Origin: the human T2T-CHM13v2.0 reference genome, Homo sapiens
Strand: one strand, 5' to 3'
DNA: 64,000 nt
Assembly (NCBI RefSeq): GCF_009914755.1
Contig: NC_060930.1
The notes below the pieces were generated by a model. The model was not told where the DNA came from, did not search any database, and was given only the letters and a program-made list of their open reading frames with translations. Shown in pieces: positions 14,158 to 28,645 of this stretch; the first letter of the stretch is position 1; every line of letters starts with the position of its first letter. The translations under genes were made by a program, and so were the position numbers.

Positions 14158-14429
14158 TATCATTATGTTTTTAAAGTCTAAGCAGTTTCTTCCAAGTGGA
14201 TCATTTTTTCACTGCCCTTTTGTCCACAGCCTTCTTTTACAGGTATGGATTACCTGGTTGGTCCAACTTTCAGATTTAAGTATGCCTGTGGTCTCTGTAA
14301 GAGTGAGGAAATTTCCTCTTTGGGTCCAGGTGTGTGGTCCACCTCCTTGCCATCTCAGCCAGTGTGTCCTTGGTTTTTCTTACCTTAAGAAATCTAGTTT
14401 CTCTCTTTCCCTCAATTTAATTGCATGGT

Positions 14430-14760
14430 CTATAGAAGACCCTCTTTAAAAAATTTATTGAGACTTGCTTTAAGTGTTAGAACATCATAAATTTTCATAA
14501 ATGTTTCATGTGTGCCTGAAATAAATTTCCATTCTCTGGTTATTGAGTACAGTGTTATATAAATGCTCATTTTTGTTATTCAAACATTGTATATATTTAC
14601 AGATTCATTAAATAAATCAGTAGTTAAGAGTATAAAAGTCTTCCCCTGTGATGATGAATTTGTCTATTTCTTATTTTAGTTCCATGAATTTTTGCTTATA
14701 TTTTAAGGCTATGCGATTGGGGTATTAAAGTTTCAAACTGTAATTTCCTCCTGGTGATTT
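14430..14760 (-). mobile_element. Old L1 (L1M/L1ME) ORF2 fragment
   Basis: AAATTTATTGAGACTTG, GTGTTATATAAATG and TTGTCTATTTCTTATTTTAGTTC resemble antisense L1 ORF2. Confidence 0.55.
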
Positions 14761-16302
14761 ACTTTGATAGGCAACTAGAAACCACTGAAGTTTGTAGAGC
14801 ACAGAAATAACAGGATTGGAACCACTCATCCCTATATAGCCTGATTTAATAGAGACATTCTTTGTTTGCATTTTCATTAATTTGGTTTTCACTTATTTTA
14901 CTGGCTTAATAAGCCCAGCTTGGGAATGAGAATATTTCACCTCCAGTTAGTATTTTGAGACCTAATTTTTCTGGCTTCAGGGAAAGAACCAAATTGATTT
15001 GGTTGCTAATAACTTAGACTCTGGATTTGAAAACTGTGAAGTTTCATTGTAAAATAAAAGATAATGTGCCTCATTACGGTAGTAAATGGTGGATGACAAA
15101 GAGGTTACAGGATGAGAGGACAAAGAAGTTTGTTTTTGTTTTTTCTGGTTTGGTTTGTGGGGCCAGAAAGGAAATCAGTAAATAAGAATTCAGTTTTGTA
15201 CATGTCACTTCAGGGCTTGAGATACTCATAGGATTTCTAAGCAGAGCTATCCAGCAAATAGTTAAAAGGTAGCAGAAGCTTAGGGGAAAGTTCCAGAAAA
15301 TTACAAAATCAAAAGAACGAATATTTACTTCTACAATGATCATTAGTAACAATAATGAGGACAGCAGTGACTTGGAACGTGGGTTGGACATAGCCAAATT
15401 CGGGTTTTAGGAAGAATAACTCTGGCTGTAGGGTGAAAGAAGGCCTAAGATGGGAAATAATCTAGAGATGGGAATACCAGGTTATTACAAATGTCTATCT
15501 CGAAGCAGTGAGGAACTACATTCAGAAAATAGCCACAGGAATAAAGTGGGGTGGTCAAATTCGAGGTTTATTTTAAGGCAAAATTTCTAGGTTGTGGCAA
15601 TGAAAATATTAGGCTAGGAAGAGACAGAAAGAGAAGCTTGAAGATGTTTTTAAGAGTTTAACTTAGGAGACTAGGTGGTACACACTATTAATCAGCCTGG
15701 GGCATGTCAGGATTTTCCTTTATTTTCTTTGTCTTCTCTTTGTATGTATATACCACATTCTTCCTAGGCTCTGACAGGTTTCAAAGATATTGGGCCTAAC
15801 ATAATCTTGCTGGTAAGAAGAGACTAAATCACTTGCCTTTTAGGTACTTACAATTCCTAGTCCATGAGTAAATTTTTTGCAGCAATTGAAAAGGAGATTT
15901 AATTAATTGCATCCTGAGACAGAGAGCAGTAATTCACTACCAACATGCTGTTGTTTGTTTAACTCTATCACTCATTGACTCATTAACCTTCACAACATCT
16001 CTTACAGCTCTCTACTTTCCTAAGTGGAAGATAATACAGGTTGGCTCATCCAACTCCATTTTAGCCTATCCATCTCCACTCCCAACCCCTTGTGGCAGAT
16101 TTTATAGCATCTCAGAGGCCAAAAAGCTGAATCCCTTATGCCATTTATCAGATTTCTTATAGCACTACTTCCTTCCACCAAGCAGATCTAACCACACAAG
16201 ATTTAGAAGGCAGAGGTGAAAATCACAATGTCAAGACCATTCTGCCACCTCTGCTATTTCTCAGTTTTGTTGTGTTTTCTGCAGTGATTGTTGCATAGGT
16301 CC

Positions 16303-16773
16303 TGTCAGCGGTTGAATTGCGTCCCTCCAAACTGTTGAAATCCTAACCCCCTAGAAATTCTTAGGTCATATACCTATGAACATGACCTTATCTGAGAATA
16401 GAGTCTTTGCAGATAGACCAGTCAAGATGAAGTCAGTAGGGTGGGCTTTAATCTACTATGACTGTTGACCTTAAAAAAAGGGGAAATTCAGGCAGAGACA
16501 GACATGTGCACAAGGAGAATGTCACGTGAACATGGAAGTAGAGAATGGGGAGATGCATCTACAAGACAAGAAAAAACAGAGATTGTCAGCAAATCACCAG
16601 AAGTTAAGAGAGAGTCATAGAACAGACACTCCCTCACAGCCCTCAGAAGGAACCAACCCTGCCGACACCTTGCTTGGACTTCTAGCCTCCAGAACCATGA
16701 GACGATACATTTCTGTTTTTTAAGCCATGGCATTTGTGGTACTTTGCTGCAATAGCCCTGACAAGACAATACA
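16303..16773 (+). mobile_element. MaLR LTR (MLT1B/C-like)
   Basis: TG...CA ends, CAGCCCTCAGAAGGAACCAACCCTGCCGACACCTTG motif, 5-bp TSD GGTC[C/T]; flanks resemble an older ERVL LTR (LTR33/LTR16-like). Confidence 0.88.
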
Positions 16774-17671
16774 GGTCTCATGTCTGGTCCTCAGCTTTGT
16801 AGGTGTTGGGGGGCAGAGGATGGGGACAGGGTAACATCCACTTTGAGGAGGCACATCATAGCCTAGTGGAGTGTTCCTAGAGCCAGCAGTTATGATTTCA
16901 GTTTCATGATTTCCTTTCTTATTATCTTAAAGTCAGCAGCTACCTAGGTATGTATATTCAGTGGTGGCTTCTTAAAACTCAGCCTACAGATCTTGCTCCT
17001 GCCCTTCCTCGAATTAAGTCCCTTTCTGCTTAAACTAGGTCCAGTGAAGTCTGTTGTCTGCAATCTGTGCCCTTTGTCCTGACTAAAGAAGACAATGACA
17101 CTCCAAAGTGCATCAAGGATTCCTGCCCAGAGAAAACCAACAAAAATTATATTTTTTTATTTGAGCAATGCAAGTACGTGAATCCATTATAAGTATGAAA
17201 TAAACAAAACAGAGTGAAATTAGGTAATGGATCTAATTGAAATTAGGTCACAAATCTCTAAATAAAAATCTACTCCCTTTATAAATGTCCATATTCATAG
17301 AATGAACTCTGACTTGACTGCAGCAGTAAACTAGTTGTTCTTCACTAACTAGGTGAATGCAGAAATTTAGACGGACAGAAGGGTGGGTGGGTGATTAGAG
17401 ATGGAATTCGTAAATGTGAGCGTAGGCATTGTAAATTTTGTTGGTCAAATATTTTTGGCAGTCTAATGATTTTGAAAAGCTCCTTTTAAAACTATATAAT
17501 ATAAAACTTCAGAGAGAAACAAATCACTAAAACTCAGGCCTAAGTCCTACATAATTCGTATTGAACTCTTTATAAACAATGTGAATGAAGTACAAGACTA
17601 AAACTCATAACACTATTGTTAATAATCACAATCACAATAATTTAAAGTTGGTTTAAAAAAAGAAAGGCCAC

Positions 17672-17976
<305 letters not shown>

Positions 17977-18296
17977 AAGAAAGGCCACAATGCAAAATGC
18001 TTACTGAGTTCAGACCTTTTCTACTTCAAATGGATGAACCAAGTTTCAGAGAAACTAAGTGACTTACCCAAAGTCAAGCAATAGTAGTTTGATTATTAGA
18101 AGAACAAATAACTAACCCTGTGTAAGAAAATAATTCTTTTCCAGGGAGTCCTCAGAACGTATGTTTAAAAAGCCAGTTGTACATTAAACTCCGATAGACG
18201 TGCACAGAGAAATTTGGGCAAAGTCCTACTTATGTAATAATGCTGGTAGCAGTGACTCAGACGAACAAAGAATGTTGTATAGAAAGTTAAGCCAAG

Positions 18297-18581
18297 CCTT
18301 GGGAGGCTGAGGCAAGAGAATCGCTTGAACCTGGGAGGCAGAGGTTGCAGTGAGCCAAGATCGTGCCACTGCACTCCAGCCTAGGTGACAGCGCAAGACT
18401 CTGAAAAAAAAAAAAAAGAAAAGAAAAAAGAAAGAAAGGAAGGAAGGAAGGGAGGAAAAAGGAAAAGAAAGAAAAAGGGAAAGGAAAGGAAGGGAAAGGA
18501 AAGAAAGGAAAGGAGGAAGGAAGGAAGGAAGGAAGGAAGGAAGGAAGGAAGGAAGGAAGGAAGGAAGGAAGGAAGGAAGGA
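18297..18581 (+). mobile_element. 5'-truncated Alu right arm with an expanded purine-rich tail
   Basis: TSD AGAAAGTTAAGCCAAG (18281-18296, 18582-18597) brackets the Alu and tail together. Confidence 0.92.
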
Positions 18582-18582
18582 A
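18515..18582. repeat. (GGAA)17 microsatellite
   Basis: 17 uninterrupted GGAA units counted. Confidence 0.95.
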
Positions 18583-19042
18583 GAAAGTTAAGCCAAGTCT
18601 TCAAGTCTTGCTCAAATGCTATCTCTGTCATGAGCCTTTTCTACTCTCTCAGAACACAAGTCTGCCTCTGAACTTCCAGAGAACTTCATTTATTTCTCTG
18701 TTAGGATAGTTGTCACTTATTTGTTTAGGCAACTCTTATGTAGCACTTACCAATCACTGTTTCAAGTGTTTCCTTCAAAATAATCCCATATGATAGGTAC
18801 TGTTATTTTCCTGATTTTACAGATAAGAACCTGTGGGGTAGAGATGGGAGATAACTCTGACGAGGTAATACAGAATTCACACCAAGGGAGTCTAGGGCAG
18901 GGTGCATGCTCTCACCTCCACCCTGCACCCTCTAACTGTGCTGAAGCTATAGGCCTCCATGCCCAATCTTCTCATCTATGCTGATAGTTCCTAGAGAATA
19001 GAGCTCATTCTGATTCATGTTTATATTCCATGTAACACTTTA

Positions 19043-19411
<369 letters not shown>

Positions 19412-20886
19412 TTAGAAACCAATCATTAACTAAATAAGTGAATAAACAAACATGTGAATAAGGTGGAAGGACATCTAGGGTTAGTCAGTGAGAACACATC
19501 TGTGGCAAATGTGGTTGGTGCTGAGCTGGGAGAAACAGCATCTTTTCTCTTTGCTCACTTCATTCCCAAGTACTGTCTGCATGCTCCTTTGCTCAGGGTA
19601 CTGTGCTAAGATTTGTTAAATGAATAACTTGTAGGAAAAAACAGTCAGTTGCAGGATGTGAGCTGGCTCTTGATGAAACTCTGGAGTAGAAATGTGAACT
19701 TGCAGCTCTCTTTCTTCCCTGTCTTCCCAGTAATGGGTGCTTCACTTGGGCTCACTTAATGTGGTTAGAGAGGTCACCACGGGGCTTCCAGGAAGAGAAC
19801 AGTCTGAGTAAAGCACTGGGACAATTATGTTAAGAATCTACAAGCACATTCTATAAAATATATATTCACTCAGACCCATGATTCAACCACTCCAATGTTC
19901 CCTCTAGTTTAGATTTGTACATTTGATTTGCCCCTTCTTCATAACCACCATAAAATCGCACTAGTGCGTGACTCACTTTCTTTCATTTACTCACATTTCA
20001 GTGATGATAATTAACCTTAGCTAATAGCTCTCTTCACTGGAGTGACTCAGGGATTCCTAAAAGCAACAAGCTCACTTGATAGACGGGAGAAGATGGAGAC
20101 ACGAAATGCAATTTGGCTCATATACTCTTGCATTATAATCTCACGCACTCTTATTTATTAGAGCTCTCTGTTGGGAGGCCTCCTGGTCAGAGGTGGGGGC
20201 TCTGGAGTTCAAATTCTCTATTTTGGTCAGTCTCCAGGTAGCAGCAGTTCTATAATTGGCAGCTGGGACAGAAAGGTGAAAAAAGTATAAAAATGTTTTC
20301 TTCTTATTATATTTTATGATAATCTATATTATTACTTTTTGCCTCAAAATTGCATATATTTTTCTGCAAAAAAGTTAAACGTAGAATCACTGTATGACCC
20401 AGGATTTTACTCTGTTTCAACAGATACATGTACATATATGCTCAAAGCAGCATTGTTCACAATAGCCAAAAGATAGAAAATGCCCAATGTCTGTCAACAG
20501 ATGAATAGATAAACAAATTGTGGTAGAAAGATCGTGCAGCAGAAACTTATTCAGTTGTAAAAAGAAATGAGTACTGATACATGCCATAGCACAGATGAAC
20601 CTTGTAAATATTATGTTAAATGAAAGACACCAGACACAAAAGGTGAGAGATATATGGTATAATTCCATTTATATGAAATACTCAGAATAGGTAAATCCAT
20701 AGAGACAGAAGGCAGATGAATGATTTCCAGGGGTTGAGACGACGAGAAAATGAGGAATGCCTGTCTAATGGGTGCAAGCTTTCGTTTAAGATGACAAAAA
20801 TGTTTTGGAACTAGATAGAAGTGATGGTTGCACAACACTGTGAATGTATTAATGCCACTGAATTGTTTACTTTACAATGGCTAATT

Positions 20887-21154
20887 TCACAAAGGTTTGT
20901 AGCAGGTGAATTGACATAATACAATTTCCGCCAGTGCTCTGAATGTCAACATGAAGAAATTCAATGAAGGGTGGGTAAACATGTGGGAGTAATTTTGACT
21001 GTCTTAAGGTAGCTAAATGCCTCATCATCTAATTAGTGATGCACATGAATGGATGAATGAGATTCCCACCACCCCTGCCTACCATCCAGGGAAACCACAG
21101 CCAAGAGAATGGGCTTAGCAGAGTCAGCAAGGAAAGAAGGCCCTGTTGAGCTTG
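20887..21154 (+). pseudogene. 28S rRNA internal fragment (retrocopy)
   Basis: CAGTGCTCTGAATGTCAA..GAAGAAATTCAATGAAG..TCTTAAGGTAGC..CCCTGTTGAGCTTG is colinear with eukaryotic LSU rRNA domain IV; CpG-decayed. Confidence 0.93.
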
Positions 21155-21285
21155 GTGATGGACATGTTAATTAGCTTGATTGTCGTCATTATTTCTCAAT
21201 GTATACATACATCAAAACATCATTTTATATGCCTTAAATATATACCATTTTTCTTTGTCAATCATACCTCAGTAAAGCTGGGGAA
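21155..21285 (+). mobile_element. L1 extreme 3' end fused to the 28S fragment
   Basis: GTGATGGACATGTTAATTAGCTTGATTG...TGTCAATCATACCTCAGTAAAGCTGG is typical of L1MA/MB 3' termini. Confidence 0.85.
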
Positions 21286-21574
21286 TATGTATAATCTTAT
21301 GTTGTGAATCTCACCTCAATTTTTAAAATTGCATGTTTTCCAATAGAGATGTTGTTAATACACTAAATAGAATGGTAAATTTGTTATTCTTCTGCAAATC
21401 AGTGTAGTACAAATCCTACCATTCAAGCATGAAGTTCAAAATATTTAATAACCAGCAAGAAACATGTGCCCCTGAATCAGAGGTAACACCTGCCATTAAC
21501 AATGAATGGAAGCCATCTGAAAGTGCCCCCTGCCAGGCATCAGGCAGAACACCACTTAAGTGTCATTGTCTCCG

Positions 21575-21785
21575 AGTGCTACACACTACAGGTGACCACT
21601 CATGATCTCACTGAATCCTCACCAACAACCTCGACACATATATAAAGGGATATTTCTTCAATTTTGTACAAGAAACTAAACTTCAGAGGTACTAAGTGAT
21701 TTACCCTAGGTCACGCACATAGTAAATGGCAGAACCAGGACTCACATTTAGATGTTCCTATTTTGAAACAAGAGCACTTTCCCGC
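21575..21785 (-). mobile_element. MIR
   Basis: GAAACTAAACTTCAGAGG..AAGTGATTTACCCTAGGTCAC..AGTAAATGGCAGAACCAGGA. Confidence 0.7.
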
Positions 21786-22086
21786 ATGAAAGTTGTTTGC
21801 CAAGATGACTTGCAGCAAACAACTCGACTGCTACAGATTTTTGGCAAAGATATTGGCCTTCTAAGTGCGCTCACAGATTTTTAAATTATTGAAAGAAGGA
21901 GGTAGAAAACACCAAATGAAAAACGGGCCAGATTTCCCAGAATAAGACTTAATGGTATAGTGACATTAATAAAAATAGTATTTGACAATTTAGTATTTTG
22001 CAGAAATATGTAACTTGGATATAAAAGCAGCAAAAAAAAAATGACACACATACACACCACCGACAAATCTGATGACAGTGCAGTAT

Positions 22087-22248
22087 CCAGGCCAGCCCCG
22101 TGAACATACAACCTGTCCTTGCTCCAGCGGCACTGTGCTTGATTTAATGCTCTATCATTGCCATCTTGAAATTCTTAAGCGTTTCTTAACAAGGGGCCCT
22201 GCTTTTTAATTCTGCACTGGGTACCACAAATTTTGCAGCCAGAACTGC
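22087..22248 (-). mobile_element. MER91A-like hAT DNA transposon fossil
   Basis: TTTAATGCTCT..GCCATCTTGAAATTCTTAA..AACAAGGGGCCC..TGCACTGGG..CCACAAATT. Confidence 0.7.
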
Positions 22249-22559
22249 CAGCATCCAGCTTATTTCAATCCATATCTTGCCTACCTAGAAGAGCTATTAC
22301 GAAGATCACGTCGGGTAATATTGGGTAACTCTTTATAGTTTACAAGGTACTATCACATAAAAGTCATTATTCTTCAGTTAACTGATTAGTAATTATTTAG
22401 ATTCACACATTGCTGTTTGCCTCTGGGGAAATTGATGGAAAGGGTAGGAGATCTGCAGAGACAGAAGCCATATCCCAGCAAGGTACCTACACCTAGGTCT
22501 CCTGATGCCCAGGGAAGGGTACTTCCCACAGCTTTTGCTGATTGTCACCCTTCAGCAGT

Positions 22560-22856
22560 AAGCTCCAGTGACAGCTCCCCAGGGAAGCTTCACTTACTCA
22601 TAAACCATATGAAGAGCTCCATTCACTCACTCCCACTTACACTCTGTCATGTCACCCTATTCATATCCTTCATAGCATTGTCACAATCTGTAATTATTTC
22701 TTTTTTGTTTGTTCATCATCTGCCAACTCTACCGGAATGTAAACCCTACAAAGGCAGGAACGTGTCTGGCGGTTTTGAGCAGTGTGTATTCCTAGCACAG
22801 TACCTGTCATGCAGTAGGCACTCAACAAGTTATTTCTTGAATGAATGAATGAATGG
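22560..22856 (+). mobile_element. L2 3' end
   Basis: AGGCAGGAA..CCTAGCACAGTACCTG..AGTAGGCACTCAA..(TGAA)n tail. Confidence 0.8.
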
Positions 22857-24336
22857 GTGAAAGAATATTCTTTTCCAGTAGGCTGGAAAATGCTGCTTTC
22901 TGTGGTGACTCTAAAGCACCAAAATGTCCTTTGGTCACATGGCCAATGGGTAGATTTCATTGGAATGCATTGGTTTACAAATGTTTAACTATACACTTAC
23001 TTATCTACCTACTCTGAAAATGAGATTCTAAGTGATAAAAAAAAATGGCTTTGGAATTTGTACTAAGCCAACTGTGCACATGGTACAGAATGTTCTCAGA
23101 AGCACCAAGACTCATGAATAATAAGGCAGCCCATTTCCTGGACTTTACAGCCTTCCTTGCCCGATGTGCTCCCTCGCCCACAGCCCTTTGGCCTGCTGAC
23201 GGGAATCTGGATTCTCTTCTCCCAAGTGAGATACCAGATGAAATGCAAGGGGATTACCTTTATCCTGAATTTTGGCTGTCACTTGTGCTCAGCTCCCCTC
23301 CATACATAGAGCATTGCTATTTTATGGAAAGAATATAATTAACACCATATACCACAAACCTGGCTACCAGCAGAGACCCTGACCAAAGCAGCATTTTTCC
23401 ATTCAGACTGTGAATGTGAGATTGCTCCAGATGGCAAAGCTGAATCAACAGACCCCAGCAGGAAGGTTGGGTTTATTTCACAGCAGGTAGGAATGTGCAG
23501 TTGCAGCACAAACAGAACATTTCTCTGGCCTTCCATGAATTATGTGCTCGTCATGCTTAATAAAATGAAGATCCACTAGGCTATGTGTTCCAGACACAAA
23601 CTTTTTTTGATTAAAAAATCTATATATAACATTACTCATATGAACTGGTGTCATTTACACATATACCTATGCACACACATGCACACACAAATCACCTAAG
23701 CACATACTCGTTGTAAAAAAATCAAATAATAGAAAAGTATATGGAATAAAAATGTAGGAGGCCTCTTTATCTATCTCAGCTTGCTCCCCTCTCCCAGGGG
23801 TACATTGCTAACATTTTCAAGTATATTTCTCTCTGAACTGTTTTAAAGCATATCGTTCTGACACATGGTGCATTTAAAAACATTTATTTAAATGATTGTA
23901 TAAAAAAGCTTTATAAAAACATTTATTGATTTTAAAATACATATGTTTTCACATATGAACATTTCTGAAATCGGGCTGTCTTACATTTGATGGCTTGTTA
24001 GATTCAGTGAAACTCCACGTTTTTAAGTTTTTAATGAAATGGCTTATACGTTATGTATTGTTCTGAAACTTGCTTTTCAAGAGAGCCTAAATAAGTTATT
24101 TACATAATATTTAACATTCTCACTGCATTTATATCCACATTATTGTGTGATATTTTTAAGCTGAAAAATATATGGCTATAGCTCTCACATCTTCAAATCG
24201 CTTCTAAATGTATTCCTGACCCTCCCTCAGTACCATGAGCATAACGGTCCAAGTTCTTTATAAAATTTTTTTGCAGATTAGATAAAGGATTTGGATCATA
24301 CTCTTGGAAGTACCTACTAAAATGCACACAAAATAA

Positions 24337-24720
<384 letters not shown>

Positions 24721-25329
24721 TTATGTTTTCTTTAGGGATGTGCAATTAATAATGTTCTGTCATGTCATACCCCAAAGAAAATTTGTGGAGTCATGCAGTC
24801 TCTCACCATTTCTCCTGATAGGAAGTGGGGAAGTGAGATGTGCTAACTCCATCCTGCTTTCCCTCACAGTTCTCCCAGACTTCGGTTACACTCCCTCCCC
24901 CAAGCGCCATCCCCTAGTCATTATGCAGCCTAGATTCTCTGGAGCGATTCCAGGAGGCTGGGCAGGAATTCAAGACTACAGCCACATAGAATAAGACTGC
25001 AAAGAGAGGCGGACTCTGACCTGGACTCAGGTTGGCTTTTGTTCACAATAAGCCTTTAAGAAGAAGATTCACTCTAGAGCCTCATGAGGGGGAGGTCCCA
25101 AAGGTTTGGGCGAGGTCAGGACACCTCAGTGCTGTGTGGAACTAACTATATTTTAGGCCTAGAGATTACTCAGCGTTTTTGCCATTTATCTTCTCAGGAA
25201 AAAGATGCTGCAGTGGCTTTTGATCCAATAGCCTGTTCTAAATCTGTCACATAGCCAGTCAGAATCCATGAATCTGCCACAAATATCCTAGCTGCCTTCT
25301 ACCTCTAAAGGGACCCTCAACCAGTCCAC

Positions 25330-26035
25330 TCCATCATCTCCTCTGCTACCCACCACGTGCAAGCTGTCACCATCACTGACTTAGGTTCTTGAAGTGGCCT
25401 CCTGTTGGTTTTCTCCATTCTGCAGTTACCTTCTACCAATCAATCTTCAAATGTAAGCTAGAGCGATCTTTGAAAACACAAATTCCCTTAAGCGAATATG
25501 TCACCTCACCTTGCCCCATTTTAAACCCTTCTGTGGTTTTCTATTGCACTTAGAAGAACACCTAAAATCCTTGGCTTGGACAACAAGTGCTTAGGCATCT
25601 ACCTTTCCAGAATCTTCTATATGCCACTCTCTCTCTTACATGGAATGTTCCAGACACACTAACCTTGAACATCCTGAGTTCTTTTCTGTTGCAGAGCATT
25701 GGTTGTTGCTTCTGCCTGGACAATCTTCACTTCAACAATGAGCATGGCCTGCTCCCTCTTATCCTCCAAGTCTTCTCTCTCCAAGCCCAGCTGGCTTTTC
25801 CACAGCACCGTCTATAGACTACCCTCCTGTTACTCTATCATATCATTCTGTTTCTCTTTTAAGAGCACTTACTATAGACTCTATAATTATCATGTGGTAA
25901 TGTGTTCATTTTCATTTTCTGCCTCCCTATATAAAAATTTAAACTTCTGAGAATAAGAACTTTGTTCTGTGTTCCCAATTTCTCATCTAGAGCATTTCCT
26001 GAACAATTGGACCAACAGACATTTTTGAATGAAAG
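25330..26035 (+). mobile_element. L2 3' region
   Basis: GGCCTCCTG..GAGCGATCTTTGAAAAC..TCTGCCTGGA..TTTTGAATGAA. Confidence 0.7.
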
Positions 26036-26528
26036 AGTGGGCATTACCTACATATTTAAAATTAATTGAGAAGTTCTGCAGGCCTGACATGCACTAGCCA
26101 GAGCTGCCTGTACCAAGGTTGAGTGACAACAGAATAAAGCAGCTGTTCACCACCCAGGTGCCCATCAGTATCACAATCTGAAGGCCCACTCTAACCTGCC
26201 AAACACAGTCTTTTGTGGAAGAGTCTGAACATCCTTGGTTTGGAGGTGCCATGAGGGATTCTGATGCATCTATGTCTAAAAATGTCTAGGAAGAACCTGT
26301 CCCTTGACTCTGAAATCACTAGTGCCCAAAGTGGACTGCTGTGGGGTGGGGGGGATGACATGTGTTTAAGAGTCGATGCTTACCCTGTCCTGCCTTAGAA
26401 GAAGCAGCAAACATGGAGCCACCTGGCAGGCGAGAGCAGAGTCTCAGAAGAGATGCTCTGCACACAACCAAAGCTTCCAGGAAGTTCATGAGTCAACCCG
26501 AATCAAAGCCTTGAGCTTTTGTGGAGGG

Positions 26529-26595
26529 GTGTGTGTCTGTGTGTGTGTGTGTTTGAGAGAGAGAAAAAGAGTATATGTGTTTGTGTGTGTGTGTG
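26529..26595. repeat. Compound (TG)n/(GA)n microsatellite
   Basis: Visible dinucleotide runs. Confidence 0.9.
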
Positions 26596-26729
26596 AAACA
26601 CCTCCTTTTATAAAAGTAAAATAGTGTGAAAGTTTGGAATATACAGAAGAATATAAAGAAGAACTTAAAAACCACCCATGAATCTACTCAAAGATCATCA
26701 TGTTAACATTCTGATTTTTAAAAACCACC

Positions 26730-26965
26730 ATGGCCACTAATACTGAGTGCTTATAATCTACCAGACACTGTCATGCCTCACATGAATTTACTTCTTGAAC
26801 CTTCACAACAACCCAATGAGGTAGGTGCTATTGTCCTTGCCCATTCTACAGATGAGAAAACTAAGGCACAGGGAAGGAGGTTAGGAAATTTGTACCAAAT
26901 CATACAATCTTAGAATTTTAATTTAACAATCTGCCTCCAGAACTAATGTTCTTAACTACTGTGCA
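26730..26965 (-). mobile_element. MIR
   Basis: CACAACAACCCAATGAGGTAGGTGCTATT..CCCATTCTACAGATGAGAAAACTAAGGCACAG. Confidence 0.85.
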
Positions 26966-27231
26966 ATAAAGACTTGCCTTCCATAGATGTCTCTTTGTAG
27001 GATTATATATATTTTTACAAACGCACACACATATATGTAATAGGGAAAATGGTTTAAATATTAACAACTTTCCTTCTTCTCCTATTGAGGAAGAAAGCTC
27101 ATTTTTGGCTATCAGATTTCTGAGAAATAAATAAAAATTTCAAGACTCACTTTTTTCCAATTAAGAGAGCGATCATCTTTCTATTGCAAGAAGTTTGATT
27201 TGTTGATTTGTTAAATCATGAACGGGTGCAT

Positions 27232-27567
<336 letters not shown>

Positions 27568-27892
27568 TGATTGTAGAGATGCCCATGTTTCTCTCCCACT
27601 TCCCACACTCCTTTAACCTATCAGCTAAACTAGACTTTTTATTTGGCCATGATTTTTTTCCCTAAACAACGGCTAAATTTTGTTTGCTGATATTTTCTTT
27701 CAGATTTTTGCCTCTATTGTAAACAGTCAGGTTGGCTTTCAATTCTTTTCTCATAATGTTCTTGTCTGATTTTGGTATCAAGGTTATAATAGACATCAAA
27801 GGAACCGAAGAGAGCTCATCTCTGTTCTCTGAAAGAGTTTAAGTTTGGAATTACCAATATCTTGAACTCACCTATAAAAATAGGCTGGGCTC

Positions 27893-28185
<293 letters not shown>

Positions 28186-28339
28186 ATCTGGGCTCAAATT
28201 TTTGCTCACAAGATGATTTTTAATTTTTAATTCAATTTCTTTAACGGTTATAGCACTAATCAGGTTTTGTCTTATTTTTTGAGTCAGTTTTGATAATTTT
28301 TATTTTCCTAGAGATGTATCCATTTCTCAGAAGTTGGTT

Positions 28340-28645
28340 GTTTTGTTTTTTTTTGTTGTTGTTGTTTCTGAGACGGAGTCGCCCAGGCTGGAGTGCAGTG
28401 AGTGGCTCAGTCTCAGCTCACGGCAACCTCCGAGTCCTGGGTTCATGTGATTCTTGTGCCTCAGCCTCCCAAGTAGCTGGGATTATAGGGATGTGCCATC
28501 ATGCCTGGCTAATTTTTGTATTTTTAGTAGAGACAGGGTTTTGTCATGTTGGCCAGGCTGATCTTGAACTCCTGACCTCAAGTGATCTGCCCGTCTCGGC
28601 CCCACAAAGTGCTGGGATTACAGGCATAAGCCACCGTGCCTGGCC
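28340..28645 (-). mobile_element. Alu (AluS-type)
   Basis: TSD TCTCAGAAGTT. Confidence 0.93.

Larger units (their letters stand above)
20370..21325 (+). mobile_element. L1MB-type 3' end, interrupted at ~20887-21285
   Basis: CATTGTTCACAATAGCCAAAAG, GATGGTTGCACAACACTGTGAATG; terminal TATGTTGTGAATCTCACCTCAAT resumes after the insert. Confidence 0.8.
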
